A program made the translations under genes and the position numbers. The notes beneath the pieces are model-generated. The model had not been told where the DNA came from, ran no database searches, and saw only the letters and a program-made list of their open reading frames with translations. Positions 1 through 11,978 of a stretch of 64,000 nt of DNA are shown here, in pieces (the first letter of the stretch is position 1; each line of letters starts with the position of its first letter). Source of the stretch: Rhynchopus sp. YZ270_cl-10 (Eukaryota); the NCBI GenBank assembly GCA_964035575.1, contig OZ037836.1:1922001-1986000 (forward strand), given 5' to 3'.

Positions 1-1
1 A

Positions 2-3000
2 CTCCAGCTGTCTCCTGTGATGACGAACAACAGCACGAAGCTTTGCACTGGCAAGGTGGCCGACAGCTGGAGCAGTTTCCTGTCCCAGGCTCATGAGCTG
101 AATCGCTTCACACACGAGCACCCTTGTGTGATCTTTGACCAGTCCTCGGAGGAGGGGCGGGAGGTGCTGAACGCAGTGTCTTTGGTTCTCGGCCTGCGCC
201 ACTCGAAAGCGCTCACGTTTGTTGAGGTGACGTGCCACCTGAAGCCCTCAAAGGCGAAGGTCCTCCGCAGCTTTCAGGAAGAGAATGCGAGCTACTACCA
301 GCTGAAGGCGATGAACCCGACGGAGCAGTGGGAAGTGAGCATCGAGATGCGGCGTGAGGAGGGCCAGGAGGGGTTTGCTTTTCTCCATGCGGGTGCTGTG
401 CTGCTGCACAAGATCATCGCGAAGCAGGTGCACCTGGTGAGGGTTGACATCCGCAACAACGGTGTCGGTGTCGAGGGTGCGGAGCTGCTTCTGCAGGCGC
501 TGCGTGTCAACAGGCATGTTGTGCAGCTCAGCATCTGCGACACTGAGCAGCAAAAGCTCCAGACGCACCACAAGCCTCTGCAGGTGCGTGACACACACGC
601 ATGCGACGCAGAGGACGGGGACGATGCACACCTGGGGGAGGTTGTGGCACAGCGCATGATGTACATCCAGCACGTCATCAACATCAGGTGTGCGCACAAC
701 AGAGGCACCATTGTGGCGAGCACGTTCTCCGACCTGGGTGACACCTGGCCACAGTACGCCACGGAAGCGCTGTACGACGTGGACGTGGTGGACATGGCCT
801 TCTCGGACCTGTTCGACACCCGCCAGCGTGAGTCCGTTCGCTTCATCCGGCTTCTGCAGAAGGAGGTTGACGCACAGCAGCACGCAGCACAGCAACAGGA
901 GCTTGCTTTGAACAGGACGTACCCAAAGCTCCCAGGCGCGCTTGTTGCTGCTGCGTGCTTCTGCGACCCGTGCGACATTGAGCTGCTTCTGGACATGCAC
1001 TGCAACCCCTTCGAGACGGACGCGTTTGGCGAAACACCACAACTGAAGATGTGGCGCCGTCGCAACAGAGGCACAGACACTCATGTGATACACAGCCCTC
1101 TCTTGGACGGCCTGGTGCAGCGCCTTCACGTGTGTCTGGACAGGCTCCAGCCCGCAGTGTTCCGGTACGACGAGCCACTGTGGAAAGTGAAGAACTTTGC
1201 GCTGGAAGTGATGCGGATGGCAGACGACCGTGAACACATCTCTCTCGCAACTGAGCTGATCCACAACGTGCGCGTCAGCTGCGAAGCCTTGCTCGGGAGC
1301 GAGGCTGCCACGTTGTGCGTATCTGAGTGCGTCACGAACGTGGGGCGCATGATGCAGGACACCCTGGACGTCTGCAAGAAGTGCTCCGTCCTGGTGCTGC
1401 AGTGCCCTCTTGGCCGTCAGGAAGCAAGCCTCTTCTGTCTCAAGGTGTTTTGTTCGCGTGGGAACGAGCTCTTTCCCATTGTGCAGGCAACGGACGAGAT
1501 GCATGACATGACCGATATGCGCAGCACGGGGCGCAGGATGTGTCAAGGAATTGGAAATGCAAATCCTGACACGGAGCGTTACCAGAGTTTTACAAAATTA
1601 TGTAATTGGGATAGTCTTCAATGTAGGCATTGGTCTCGTCTTCCTGAGGAGAGAAAGCTTCCACGCAGAATGGACAAGAACGGAATACACTACTTCGAGC
1701 ACGAAGTTGCTTTGCAGGACACGGAACCATGGTCAGACATGCAAGAGGCAGACGTGTGCAGCACGCATCGCAGACTGTACGAAGACAGCTACGTTACAAA
1801 GCAGCAGTATCTGGACAAGGTGTGGAGCACAGCCGAGCAGGAGGCGAAGCAGATACGCAGGCAGAACGCTGACGGCTACTTTGTCTTCAAACACGACTGG
1901 GATGAAGACATGGAGGGTGGTGCGTGGGAGGACGGGAAGAAGGAGACACTGCCGACGCTTGTGGAGCAGTTGCGGCAGCCCTCTCTCAACCTGTACGACC
2001 CAACGGTGTTTGGGAGCCGCATTGAAACGGAGGAGAGCAGGGCCCAGCTGCGCACGTGGTCGAGGCTGTGGGGTGCTGTGAACGCTGTGCTGGTGACAAG
2101 CACGGAGAAGGAGCGGGTGCTCTTCCGCAAGGTGGAGAACGTGACGGACACTGTGCTGCTCCACCACCTCCACCTGAAGCGTGGTGAGCTGTACTGCCAG
2201 CCCGACATCACTCTCTGGGATGTGGAGCGCCGCTACAGAAACCGTGCTTTGGGTGACCACAACGACAGTGGGGACAACACAGCAAGGACGAAGGTGGAAT
2301 TCAACGACAACTCAGGAAGACTGTGGGAGGCGTCAGAGCGCAGATGGACAGGGAGGGGTGGCGAGGAGGCTGCGTATGAAGGCGAGCTTTGCTACGAACA
2401 TGAGTTCAAAGACAAATGCATGCAGGCACACAAGCAGGCACGCAAGGAGAGCGGGGAGGACGTGGGGTTTGATCTGAACACGTTACTCAGATGGGAAGAT
2501 GCGAAGCCTGAGGACCCTTTCCTGACACACGTCCCTGGCGAGCACGTTGAGGTGGAGACACGCAAGAACAGCAGCAGCATGACAACGATTCTGTTTAGCG
2601 CGCGTGGGAAGATGCACGGCGAGTGTGTGGGGCTGCTGAGCGACGGACACGACTTCCTCCTTCCTGCGCTTGAGATGTTTGTTGTGGAGGATGTGCAGGC
2701 ACGTGGCGCGTGCCTCCATGTCAGCCTCGTCGCACGTGGCTCGCTGCTGCGTACGGACAAAGAGCTCTGTGCCTGGTGCTCCAGCATGCAGAGTACTGGC
2801 CTGGATTCTGTTTGGGGCAAGAACGGTGATATGGATGAGTGTTTGCGTCCTGAGAGCAAGACAGCAAAGGACGACACAGTGGACAAGCAGAGCTTCTTGA
2901 GCACAGACGAGTGTGACGTCTTCTTCAGTCGCAAGTCTCAGATGCTCCACGGAATGGAACGGCAGGCCATATTGCACGATCTGAAGCGTATTGTCAGACC

Positions 3001-4856
3001 TGTGACCTATTTTGCATTCCACAGAATACAGGGTGCAGACGGACAGGTGACGAACCATAGTGGGTGTAGCCTGCCAAAGGCTGTGCCCACCACGTACCGC
3101 CCAGGGAAGACGTTTTTGAGTGGGTTGAACCGCAAGAAGCGTCCTGAAGGGGATCACACTGCAGAAGGCATGCGAAGGGCACACGGCGACGAACTCGGAC
3201 ACATCCCCGACGTTGAACTCGCGAAGGATTGGGAGAAGGACATGGATGTGAACGATGTGGTCACTGTTTCGGGAGCATCCATCCAGGCCTACCACGACGA
3301 GCACACAGACGAAGACGCGTACTTCAACACGACAGTCAAGGACACGTGCGACACACCTGGGCAGTGCCCCCCGCCTGTGAGCGATGTGTACGGAGGGAAG
3401 GAGTTCCGCATCACTGTCGGGGAGGTGCAGCAGCTGCTGAAGACAAGCACGATAGTCACGTCGCTGTCCCTCCCACTGCGTTTTGTGCAGTGTCTGATCG
3501 GCTCGTTCACGTCCGCGAAACAGCGTCTGCTGTTCTTCAACGTTTTCCGTGCAACGTCGCTGCTCAGCGTTGGCATCGACGAAGACTGGGAACGTGAGAA
3601 GAGCGTTGCCAGAAACGCTGCGACGGATATGCTTAAAGCGAGCGAAGTGCGGGTTTGCGATGCACGTGATTTTCTGAAGAGATCGGACATTGACCATAGC
3701 CAGAAGGAGCTTCAAATCGGCAAGCTGTACCGTAATCTGGTATTGATCGAGATCAACAAACAAATACTTGCGTATCTGGACGGCGAACTTGATGCCGACT
3801 GTGCAGAGCCTATTGAAGTCACCCGTGACAACTTCACATCGTGGATGGACACCGTACAGGCGGAACCTACACAGTACGGCTTCACCTCAAAGGAACATGC
3901 GAGACTGACGTTGGCGAAGTCGATGGTCGAACTGGGCACAGAAATGTGTGTCTCGCAGCAAGCCTTCTCCTTCACCTCTGGCATGGACGGTGAGCACAAC
4001 CAGCTCTGTGAGAAGACGCACCACAGCATCGCCATCCTTGCAGCCCCTGGGATGGACTTCTGTTACGTGCGGCCCACTCTGTGTGAGGCACCAAAGTACT
4101 TCGTGAGAATACCACGTAAAGGACATGGAGCACATGAGGGCTGGGCGTTCTTCCAAGAAGGCAAGCAACGTGAATTTGTGGACCGTCTGAAGGTGCTGTA
4201 CACATGCATCTTCGAATCTGCAAGGAAACAGCGTGTGCGGAATATGTGCATGATCCCGATGGGCCTTGGTGTTTTCACACACAACCTTGGGGCAGAACTG
4301 AAGAACCAAGTTGCAGAAATGTACTTCCGTGCGCAGTTCGAACTCCTTGCAGAACAGGATTGGGGTTTTGACAACGTATGTATTTGAGTAGTTCTTTCAT
4401 GTCCTTCACTTTCACATTCTCCTTTTACCTTTCCTCTCAAAACAGTATTGGCTCGATGCAAATGCGTTCAAGGAAATGGCGATCCGGACCTTGAAGAAAG
4501 GACTGCACGACTGTGGCGACTACAACAACGAGGCACAGGGGTTGTATTTGAGGTGCAACATTGTTTTCCACAACAAAGACACGAGGTTTCTTGCAGTGCG
4601 CCTCGCCCATCTGAAGAAATCACCTTCGCTATTGTTACCATCTGACTCGCAGGCACTGCTGCAGGGACAGTACGGCATGTACTGGGAGGAAGGCAGGTCT
4701 TGGAACTATGTTGGCGAAGAAGACTTGGTGGCCACATCGACAGGTGTGCTGATGAACTACAGCATTTCGAAGAAGGCACTTAACCTCGACTTCTCTGCAC
4801 TGAACTGCAGCGAAGACACCAGCCCCGTTGCCGGTGCAGATGATGAAGACTTCTGA
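2..4856 (+). CDS. Large multidomain protein, probably 5'-partial; exons <2-4375 and 4446-4856. RI-type LRR, ankyrin-like repeat, degenerate ADP-ribosyltransferase-like region, C-terminal macrodomain/PARG-like region
   Basis: The frame is open from base 2 through the 1456-aa ORF. A GT-AG intron at 4376-4445 joins ...WGFDN to YWLDANAFKEMAIRTLKK... in frame with ORF 4476-4856. Motifs: LVRVDIRNNGVGVEGAELLLQAL (LRR), IELLLDMHCNPFETDAFGETP (ANK-like), VLFRKV...LKRGELY...TILFSARG...FLLPALEMFVV (ART-like), AILAAPGMDF...IPMGLGVF (macro-like). The CDS is well supported; the domain names are tentative. Confidence 0.8.
4376..4445 (+). other. Canonical 70-bp GT-AG intron
   Basis: Donor AAC|GTATGT, long pyrimidine tract, acceptor AAACAG|TATTGG. 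Removal (phase 0) fuses the two ORFs. Confidence 0.9.
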
Positions 4857-6490
4857 CATGCATGCTCTGCAATGCAGGACACATGCACGGCCTTGCGGTG
4901 CAGGACACCTAGCACTGCTGCACTGAACTCACGTGGGTGCCGTTTCCGTTAAAGATGTTGGCGTCCAATATCCAAGAAAAAGGCCATCAGGCTTACAGTC
5001 CCAGCATGAGCGAGTTGCAACGTACTGTTATTCATCGTGTTTCTGTGTGTGATGTGGGTGAGGAAGCGTTCCAACTTTTCAACATCTCCCCCATTTTTCT
5101 ATTCGCGATTTTCCCCACCCCCGTATTTAGAATCAACAGAGTGTGGGCATTAATATTTTTGATTTTGTGGTGTTACTGATCTGCTGTCGGGGACATGTCA
5201 ACGACATGTCAAGGACATGTCAATATAGGGGGGGTGTGTCATTTTCCCCTGTAAACCTTGTGTCAAGGACCTGTCAATATGGGCCCTTTCGGGAACACCA
5301 TTTTGTTGAAATAAATAGTCTTTTCCCCGCATCAGTGTTTTGGTTTCTGTTTTCCAACAGAAAAGCAACATCCTTGCTGAATGCGCACGACACCCTATTA
5401 TTCTATCAGTTTTTGTTTTAACTAATGTATGCACTTCAGCTGAAATGTGGCACAATTGTGTGGTCTTATATTGTTTCTCTTCCGTAAGGGTGGTCAACTT
5501 ATTTCCTATTGGTATGAGGACAGTCTCGTGGGTCTTATGTGTGTTCTTGGTGTTCTGCTGATAGGCAAGCTCCTTGCTCGTGTGGTATGTTCTCGGGTTT
5601 GCGGGTTGTGTATTAAGATCCCATGCAATGCTAAAAGGAAATTGAACACCGTACCCCTACTCCCATCCTTTTTCCATTTTTCTAATCCGGGGCGGGTTGG
5701 AGTAGAGCCACATTTCACCGACAGGTCGAGGTGTGTGCGTTTCACCAAGGCAAAGTAGGAGTGCGGTTTCAACTTTACCCAGCACGCTCGTGGGTTTCAT
5801 AGGGCTGATACACAGGATAGGATATAGAGACTGTGAGACCAGAACCCCGAGAGCTCACATGAAACCCACGAGATAGACACCATAATAAAAAAAAAGTAGT
5901 TTTCCTCCCCCTTTTTCTTCCACACGCGCTGGGTTTTGTGCTCGCTCATTTTTATCAAAAAGGTTTCCTACGAATCGTTTCCCCATGTATTGCACGGGAA
6001 ACAATATGACAAACAGGTGCAGGGTGGTTCCGTGCATATCATAGAACCTGGCACCTTGTGTGTCTTCCAAAAAACCAAATGCGTTATGTGCGAAGTTTTG
6101 AAGTCAAAGTAACAATCTTTGTTTGCTCTCTGCACACCTGCCGTGCTCCGAATAGAGCGCGAAGTGCACGCAGGGGTGTTACGTGCAAGAAGCCTTTGTC
6201 GCAACTGCCGACACTGCTGCAGTTGCGCATTTACCGTCACAGCCGATGTAGCGACCACGGCAAGAAGCCTTGCTGTGCTCTGCTTCTTACAGAAGGATTG
6301 CACCTTTGATGGCTCTCCAGCCCTGCAGCTGTACGCCGGGTACACAGACCTGCTTACCTTGTTTGAACAGTACGCCCTCCTCCAGCTGCGCATATGCATA
6401 CGTGCCTGCACAGCGTTACCGCAATGTCTCCTGCCTTTTAGTGTGCTTCTTCTTGCCCCACCCAAAACACCTGAAACAGAGAGAGACAAA

Positions 6491-8268
6491 ATGGAAATAT
6501 GTGTGAAGAGCTTTGACGGAGAGAAGTACACAGTCGAGGTGGGTGTGGATGATACAACTGCGGACATACGGCGGAAGGTGGCGACTGCAGCAGAGTTGTG
6601 CGAAGACGGCTTTGACATGAGCTTTGGAGGGAAGCTGCTGGCCGAAGGAGACGACACGACGCAGCTGAGTGCTGGGGACACAGTTGTGCTGAAGAAGATG
6701 CTGTCACAGAAGGACGACGCCATTGCAGCTCTTCGTGACTTGGGTGAGACACGGCTGACTACAGACAGGTTGTATGGTCTGACAGATCCCAAGCTGGTGC
6801 ATTTGTTTCTGCAGGCGGAGGTTGTTACTGAGATCCCCGATACCTTCTTGCAAGGTAGTCCGTATGAAGAGCTTTATCTCAGTGGTGTCCCAGGTGTGAC
6901 GAAAATAGGGAGCAACTTCCTCCGTGGGTGCACCTCATTGCACACAGCTGAGGGGACAAAAACGTGAGGTGGCAGCCCCCCGGCATTTTTGCCCTGGCGT
7001 CCCCGGATATAATCTCTTTTTTGAGTGAACGAAGGCCACGCGTGGGATGGTTGCATTGCACTTTTGCAAACCCGGGCACATGATACTGGAGGGTCCAAAG
7101 CAACTGGAGGAGGTGTATGCTGGGCTTTTTGTGCCCTCAGGGATTTAAGCGACCCTGCACCTACTTTACGACCATGCACAGCTTTTGCTTTTCTTTTCTT
7201 TGCTTTTCTTTGCTTTTTGTAGGTGCTAACCTGCGGCAGTGGTTTGCATCATTGGGTGTTCCACTCACCGCAGTTTAGAGAATTAGGAGATGCCAGTCAT
7301 TCGTTCCTCCCATTGGAATGACTGGTGGTTTTATTGTTGTTTATTTCTTTTGACGCTGCCAGAGTGCGGCGGACCTTGAACTGGCTTATATACTAACCTA
7401 GGCCACCAGCGGTGGTATACGGCCCCTGTTCACTTAGGTGTCGCTTCTTTGTTGGGTATAAGTCAGCAAATGGGATCAAGCCACTCTCTGGCACACCGTG
7501 GTGCCATCCTTCCCTTTTGCTGGTTTTTCTTTTTGCGGGGGTGGATCACGTTTTTCAAGTTTAATCTCATTGCACACAGCTGATTTATCTGGGTGGAGCA
7601 ATGTGACGCACATTGATTACCACTTCCTGTACAACTGCAGAGCATTGCGGACCCTTGACTTGTCTGGGTGGCACAGTGTGACTCACATAGGGAGGTGCTT
7701 CCTCTACAACTGCACCTCGTTGACCACACTGGATATTTCTGGGTGGGGCAACGTGACGCGAATTGGAGACAGCTTCCTCCACAACTGCACTGCGGCTACC
7801 TCGCTAGACGTGTCCGGGTGGAGCAATGTGACGCAGGTTGGGAGTCACTTCCTCTGCTACTGCGATTCATTGACCACACTCGACTTATCTGGGTGGAACA
7901 ATGTGACGCAAATAGGGAGCTACTTTCTGGCCTACTGCACCGCATTGCGAACCGTTGACTTCTCTGGGTGGCACAGTGTGACGCACGTTTCATTTGCCTT
8001 CCTCTCCAACTGCAGCGCGTTGACGGCACTTGACGTATCTGGGTGGAGCAATGTGACGGACATTGGGATCGATTTCGTCATCAACTGCAGCGCACTGAAA
8101 ACACTTGACATGTCTGGGTGGACGAGTGTGACGCAAATTGGTCATGGCTTACTACAAGGATGCGACGTACCTACGATCAACGTCACCGGATCGAGCAGTG
8201 TTGTGGCAAATCATGTGTACGGCCGTAACCTCGTAGGCGATACCAAGCGCAAATGTGTGTGCATGTGA
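6491..8268 (+). CDS. UBL-LRR-CaaX protein, subfamily A; predicted exons 6491-6963 and 7560-8268 (393 aa)
   Basis: Starts MEICVKSFDGEKYTVEV (ubiquitin-like), has 25-aa repeats LTTLDLSGWxNVTxIGxxFLxNC, and ends KRKCVCM*. Both halves are free of stops. Interrupted by the insertion at 6952-7565. Confidence 0.8.
6952..7565. mobile_element. 614-bp non-coding insertion with 18-bp TSD; candidate retroposon-derived intron (6964-7559)
   Basis: Perfect direct repeat CTCATTGCACACAGCTGA at 6934-6951 and 7566-7583. Paralogs have a single copy of this site. No TIRs seen. Confidence 0.85.
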
Positions 8269-9048
8269 GGCATGTGTTTCGGGAGGCTAGCGACCCTTTT
8301 GATTTTCGCCATTTTTTGAGGTGATCAGGAACGCACATTGTTCACGGTATGGTGTGGTGAAATGAGAACAATGGTGTTCCCGAAAGTGCCGATATTGACA
8401 GGTCCTGGGATCCACTCTATCATTCCTTAGCACTTTACGGACCGTGTACACTGTGTGTACTGTGCGAGGTACCCACGGCACAGGACCTCACAAGTTCTCA
8501 GTAGCTTACTAACTCTCACCTAACTCAGGAGGTACCCTAATATTCGCCCCTGGTTGCCCCAATTCGCGCCAATTCGCGTTTTGTACTTAGCCGTTTTTTC
8601 GCGAAAAAAAACGCGAATTGGCGCGAATTGGCGCGACACGATTAGGGTATGAAATTCGCGCCAATTCGCGTTTTTTTCCCCAGGTACCTGGTGGTGCCGA
8701 AATTCCCCAGCCAAAATTGGTCGCAAAATCGGCCGATTTTTCAAAAATCTCAAAAAAAAAAAAATGTTTTTTTTTTTTTTCACAAGGGAAGGCTCGTTTT
8801 TCCATTTAATGTTACAAAGTAACAATAAAACCACTTTTTCGGCGACCGGGAACCCCCCCCCCCCCCCCCCTTTGTTACACGGAAAAACTGTTTTTCCGAA
8901 TTGGCATTTATTGTTACAGTGGGCATACACCGGGTGATGATGAAATTTTTAGCCGGCATTTGCATTTCCGGAATCCGTCCGGCCAGTGGTGGGGTCAATT
9001 TGACGAAATGGACAAGTTCTCGTTTTTGGTCAATTTCCGCGCAGTACA

Positions 9049-9538
9049 CAGTACAGTACAGTACAGTACAGTACAGTACAGTACAGTACAGTACAGTACA
9101 GTACAGTACAGTACAGTACAGTACAGTACAGTACAGTACAGTACAGTACAGTACAGTACAGTACAGTACAGTACAGTACAGTACAGTACAGTACAGTACA
9201 GTACAGTACAGTACAGTACAGTACAGTACAGTACAGTACAGTACAGTACAGTACAGTACAGTACAGTACAGTACAGTACAGTACAGTACAGTACAGTACA
9301 GTACAGTACAGTACAGTACAGTACAGTACAGTACAGTACAGTACAGTACAGTACAGTACAGTACAGTACAGTACAGTACAGTACAGTACAGTACAGTACA
9401 GTACAGTACAGTACAGTACAGTACAGTACAGTACAGTACAGTACAGTACAGTACAGTACAGTACAGTACAGTACAGTACAGTACAGTACAGTACAGTACA
9501 GTACAGTACAGTACAGTACAGTACAGTACAGTACAGTA
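9049..9538. repeat. (CAGTA)n microsatellite, about 98 copies
   Basis: Perfect pentamer array; accounts for the QYSTV/YCTVL ORFs. Confidence 0.98.
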
Positions 9539-9634
9539 CTGTACTGTTTGGCCTGTCGACGTAATAATACGAAGACAGGGGGGCGGTGCCAACAATTTTC
9601 CAATGATGTAACGTTTTATCTGATTGATTTATCG

Positions 9635-9989
9635 GAGGAATAAGAAAAAAGAAAAAAAAAAACTTTTGTATTTTGTGTATTCCCGAAACAAAAAACTGAA
9701 GTAGAAGGTACCAAATGTTCACACGAACATCGGTTTCACGATATTCACCCACCATTTAAAGGGAAATCACTGAAGATGTCCACCCTTTTGAATACAACTG
9801 TATGATTCTTAGGACTGAAACAGGGTTAATATCAGAAACCAATCTACTGAAGTTTCAACTTGTGCATGAAGCATTTTACTTTTCTTTTCTACGTTTTGCA
9901 AAACACACAACATAAAAAGAAAGATGGGACCATTTTTGTTGATCCCTCACCATATACTATCAATTTATTGATTGCATATGATGAAAATA
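9635..9989. mobile_element. Short retroposon-like insertion with 15-bp TSD
   Basis: CTGATTGATTTATCG at 9620-9634 and 9990-10004. Its right ~70 bp recur at about 48946-49015 and homology stops at the same end. Confidence 0.7.
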
Positions 9990-11978
9990 CTGATTGATTT
10001 ATCGTTTCGGTACTTTCAAGCGATGCTTCGTTATGTCATTGGGGTACCTGGGTGGTGACACCTGTCAAAAATTTTCACTAGTCATCACCTGCACGCGGGT
10101 GTCACAAACACCCAAACTGGGAAAGCCTTCAAGGCGGTAATGGATTATACAGTTGCTATTACAGCAACTTGACCGAGGAATCCTCCCACGGCTCGACTTT
10201 TACACAAGAGCGCTTTTGCATCGCGTACTTCGATCGCGGTGCTTCTCTTAGCGGGTACACGAAGCTGTACGAAGTTGTGCACAGGTGGCATCGCATCCTG
10301 ACCCACTTCGTCGAGAGCATGAACTTCCAGAAGCACATGTCTTCCATTGCCACTCAGAGAACTACGTCGAGAGTTCCGCAGATTCGAAGAGTGGTGCAAG
10401 CAGAAATACCAGGTATCTCAGAGATATGCAGCTTCTTGTGGCAGCGGGCATCTTTGGGGGGGACAGCCCCCATTTTGCTGTGGAAACAACCAAACTCGCA
10501 GTCCATTTTTTTCACTCACGTATTTTCCCCTCGCCGTTATTTTTTTCGCGCGAAAATGCCTTTTTTGGCACATTTCAACCAATCCAAACCCGTGGTGACC
10601 TCTCTCAGTCAAATTTGTGGTCATTTTCTCCTTGTGACAGAATTTCCCCTTGCAGAATATTGGGCAAGTTGCATTTTGCAACCGAAAATGCAACAGATTC
10701 AGGTAGAGGGGTGAAAAAAAAATGAGCTTAGTGAGGCCGCCAGCGTGCCACCGTGGACATGGAGGAGTACGTGATAGAATGTGCGACAGCAAGCAGGAGA
10801 CTGGGGGGAGTATGTGCGAGTGTCGGAAGCTGTGGACCATGCGTCAACACATGCTCACGCACAGAAGCATTCTGATACATGCAATGAAGTTGGCAGGAGA
10901 TGCCACCAGGGGTCAGTCGGGTGTAGCCCCGTAATAATACCCTGTAAATAACCCCGTCCCAAAATCTCTCCGTCCCTCATTCGTGTGGTTTTCCTTCTAG
11001 TTTGTTTGGTATGATCTTGATAACAATAAAAATATAACTGGTCTCATGATAACCCCATTTTGCGTACTTGGTATTTTTTATATCAGGAGCACCAATATCA
11101 GTGTTTTTCGTTGAACGCAGCCAAATAGGGGTAAAAATCTGTTTGGCGCAAGGTGAAATAGGATTCAAGGGGAAATACTGTTATACAAGATCTGAACGTT
11201 GGCTTTCTTTTTGTCTAGTTTCTTAATACACTACGTGTTAGGAAACAAAAAACATACACCGTCTAGCAGCTCTCCGTGTTTCCCCCGTGGTTCTCCCGCG
11301 GGTTGTCTGTACCCCCTGCATCACACCAGGAATATAATCCCTTATTACGGAGCTTGATCTTGCACCTTACGTTCCCTAAACTTACGAAAAATATAAATGG
11401 CGCCGCAGGCGGAAAAAAAATAGGGTACAGTGTAAAAATGCTGGTTTACACCACACAGTCACTCAACAAACCCTTTTTTGCGGAGCAAAAAAGAAAAATG
11501 GCGCCGCAGGCAAAAAAAAAATTAAGGGGTACGGTACCTCTTCGAGCGCAGCGAGCAGAAAATTTTTGTTACCACAGGGAAAAAGTCACTTTTTTCCCGC
11601 CATTGTTACAACAAAAAAATTTTTTCCTCGGATTTCGATCGGGACCCCCCCCCCCAACCTTAGGCAGAAAAACACTTTTTCCCGCCATTGTTACAAAAAA
11701 AAAGTTTTTTCCCGGATTTTGGCCTGACCCACCCCCCCCCCTTTTTATTGTTACTTTGTAACATTAAATGGAAAAACGAGCCTTCCCCAAGTGTTTTTGA
11801 GGCCTGCTCACTACACCCTAGGCACCCTTCTGAGACCAAAAAGTCAAAAAAAGCAAGAATTGGGCTGTTTTGAGCCTCTAAAGTCAATTCCCCAGCCATT
11901 TTTTGTACCACCCCAGCCATTTTGTATGGGCCAGCGCCTTAGCGAAAAATCGAAAAATCTCAAAAAAAAAATTTTTTT

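Larger units (their letters stand above)
8786..11787. mobile_element. 3.0-kb non-autonomous TIR element with 3-bp TSD (PIF/Harbinger-like signature)
   Basis: Perfect 45-bp TIRs starting GGGAAGGCTCG (8786-8830 / 11743-11787). TSD CAA. The empty site TTTCACAAGTG is visible in the sister repeat at 16021-16031. Confidence 0.85.

Noticed and set aside
248..4461. Minus-strand ORFs overlapping the large genes (also within 40279-46989 and the LRR genes)
   Set aside because: Antisense shadows of GC-rich coding sequence with no independent motifs.
6119..6490. N-terminal extension of the first UBL-LRR ORF
   Set aside because: All paralogs start at MEICV and the extension begins at a non-ATG codon.
6952..7020. 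HDV-like ribozyme at the start of insert 1
   Set aside because: P1- and P2-like pairings exist, but the P3/L3 geometry and the catalytic C in J4/2 do not fit.
10169..10714. Transposase in the 3-kb TIR element
   Set aside because: Short ORF with no recognisable DDE or DNA-binding motif.
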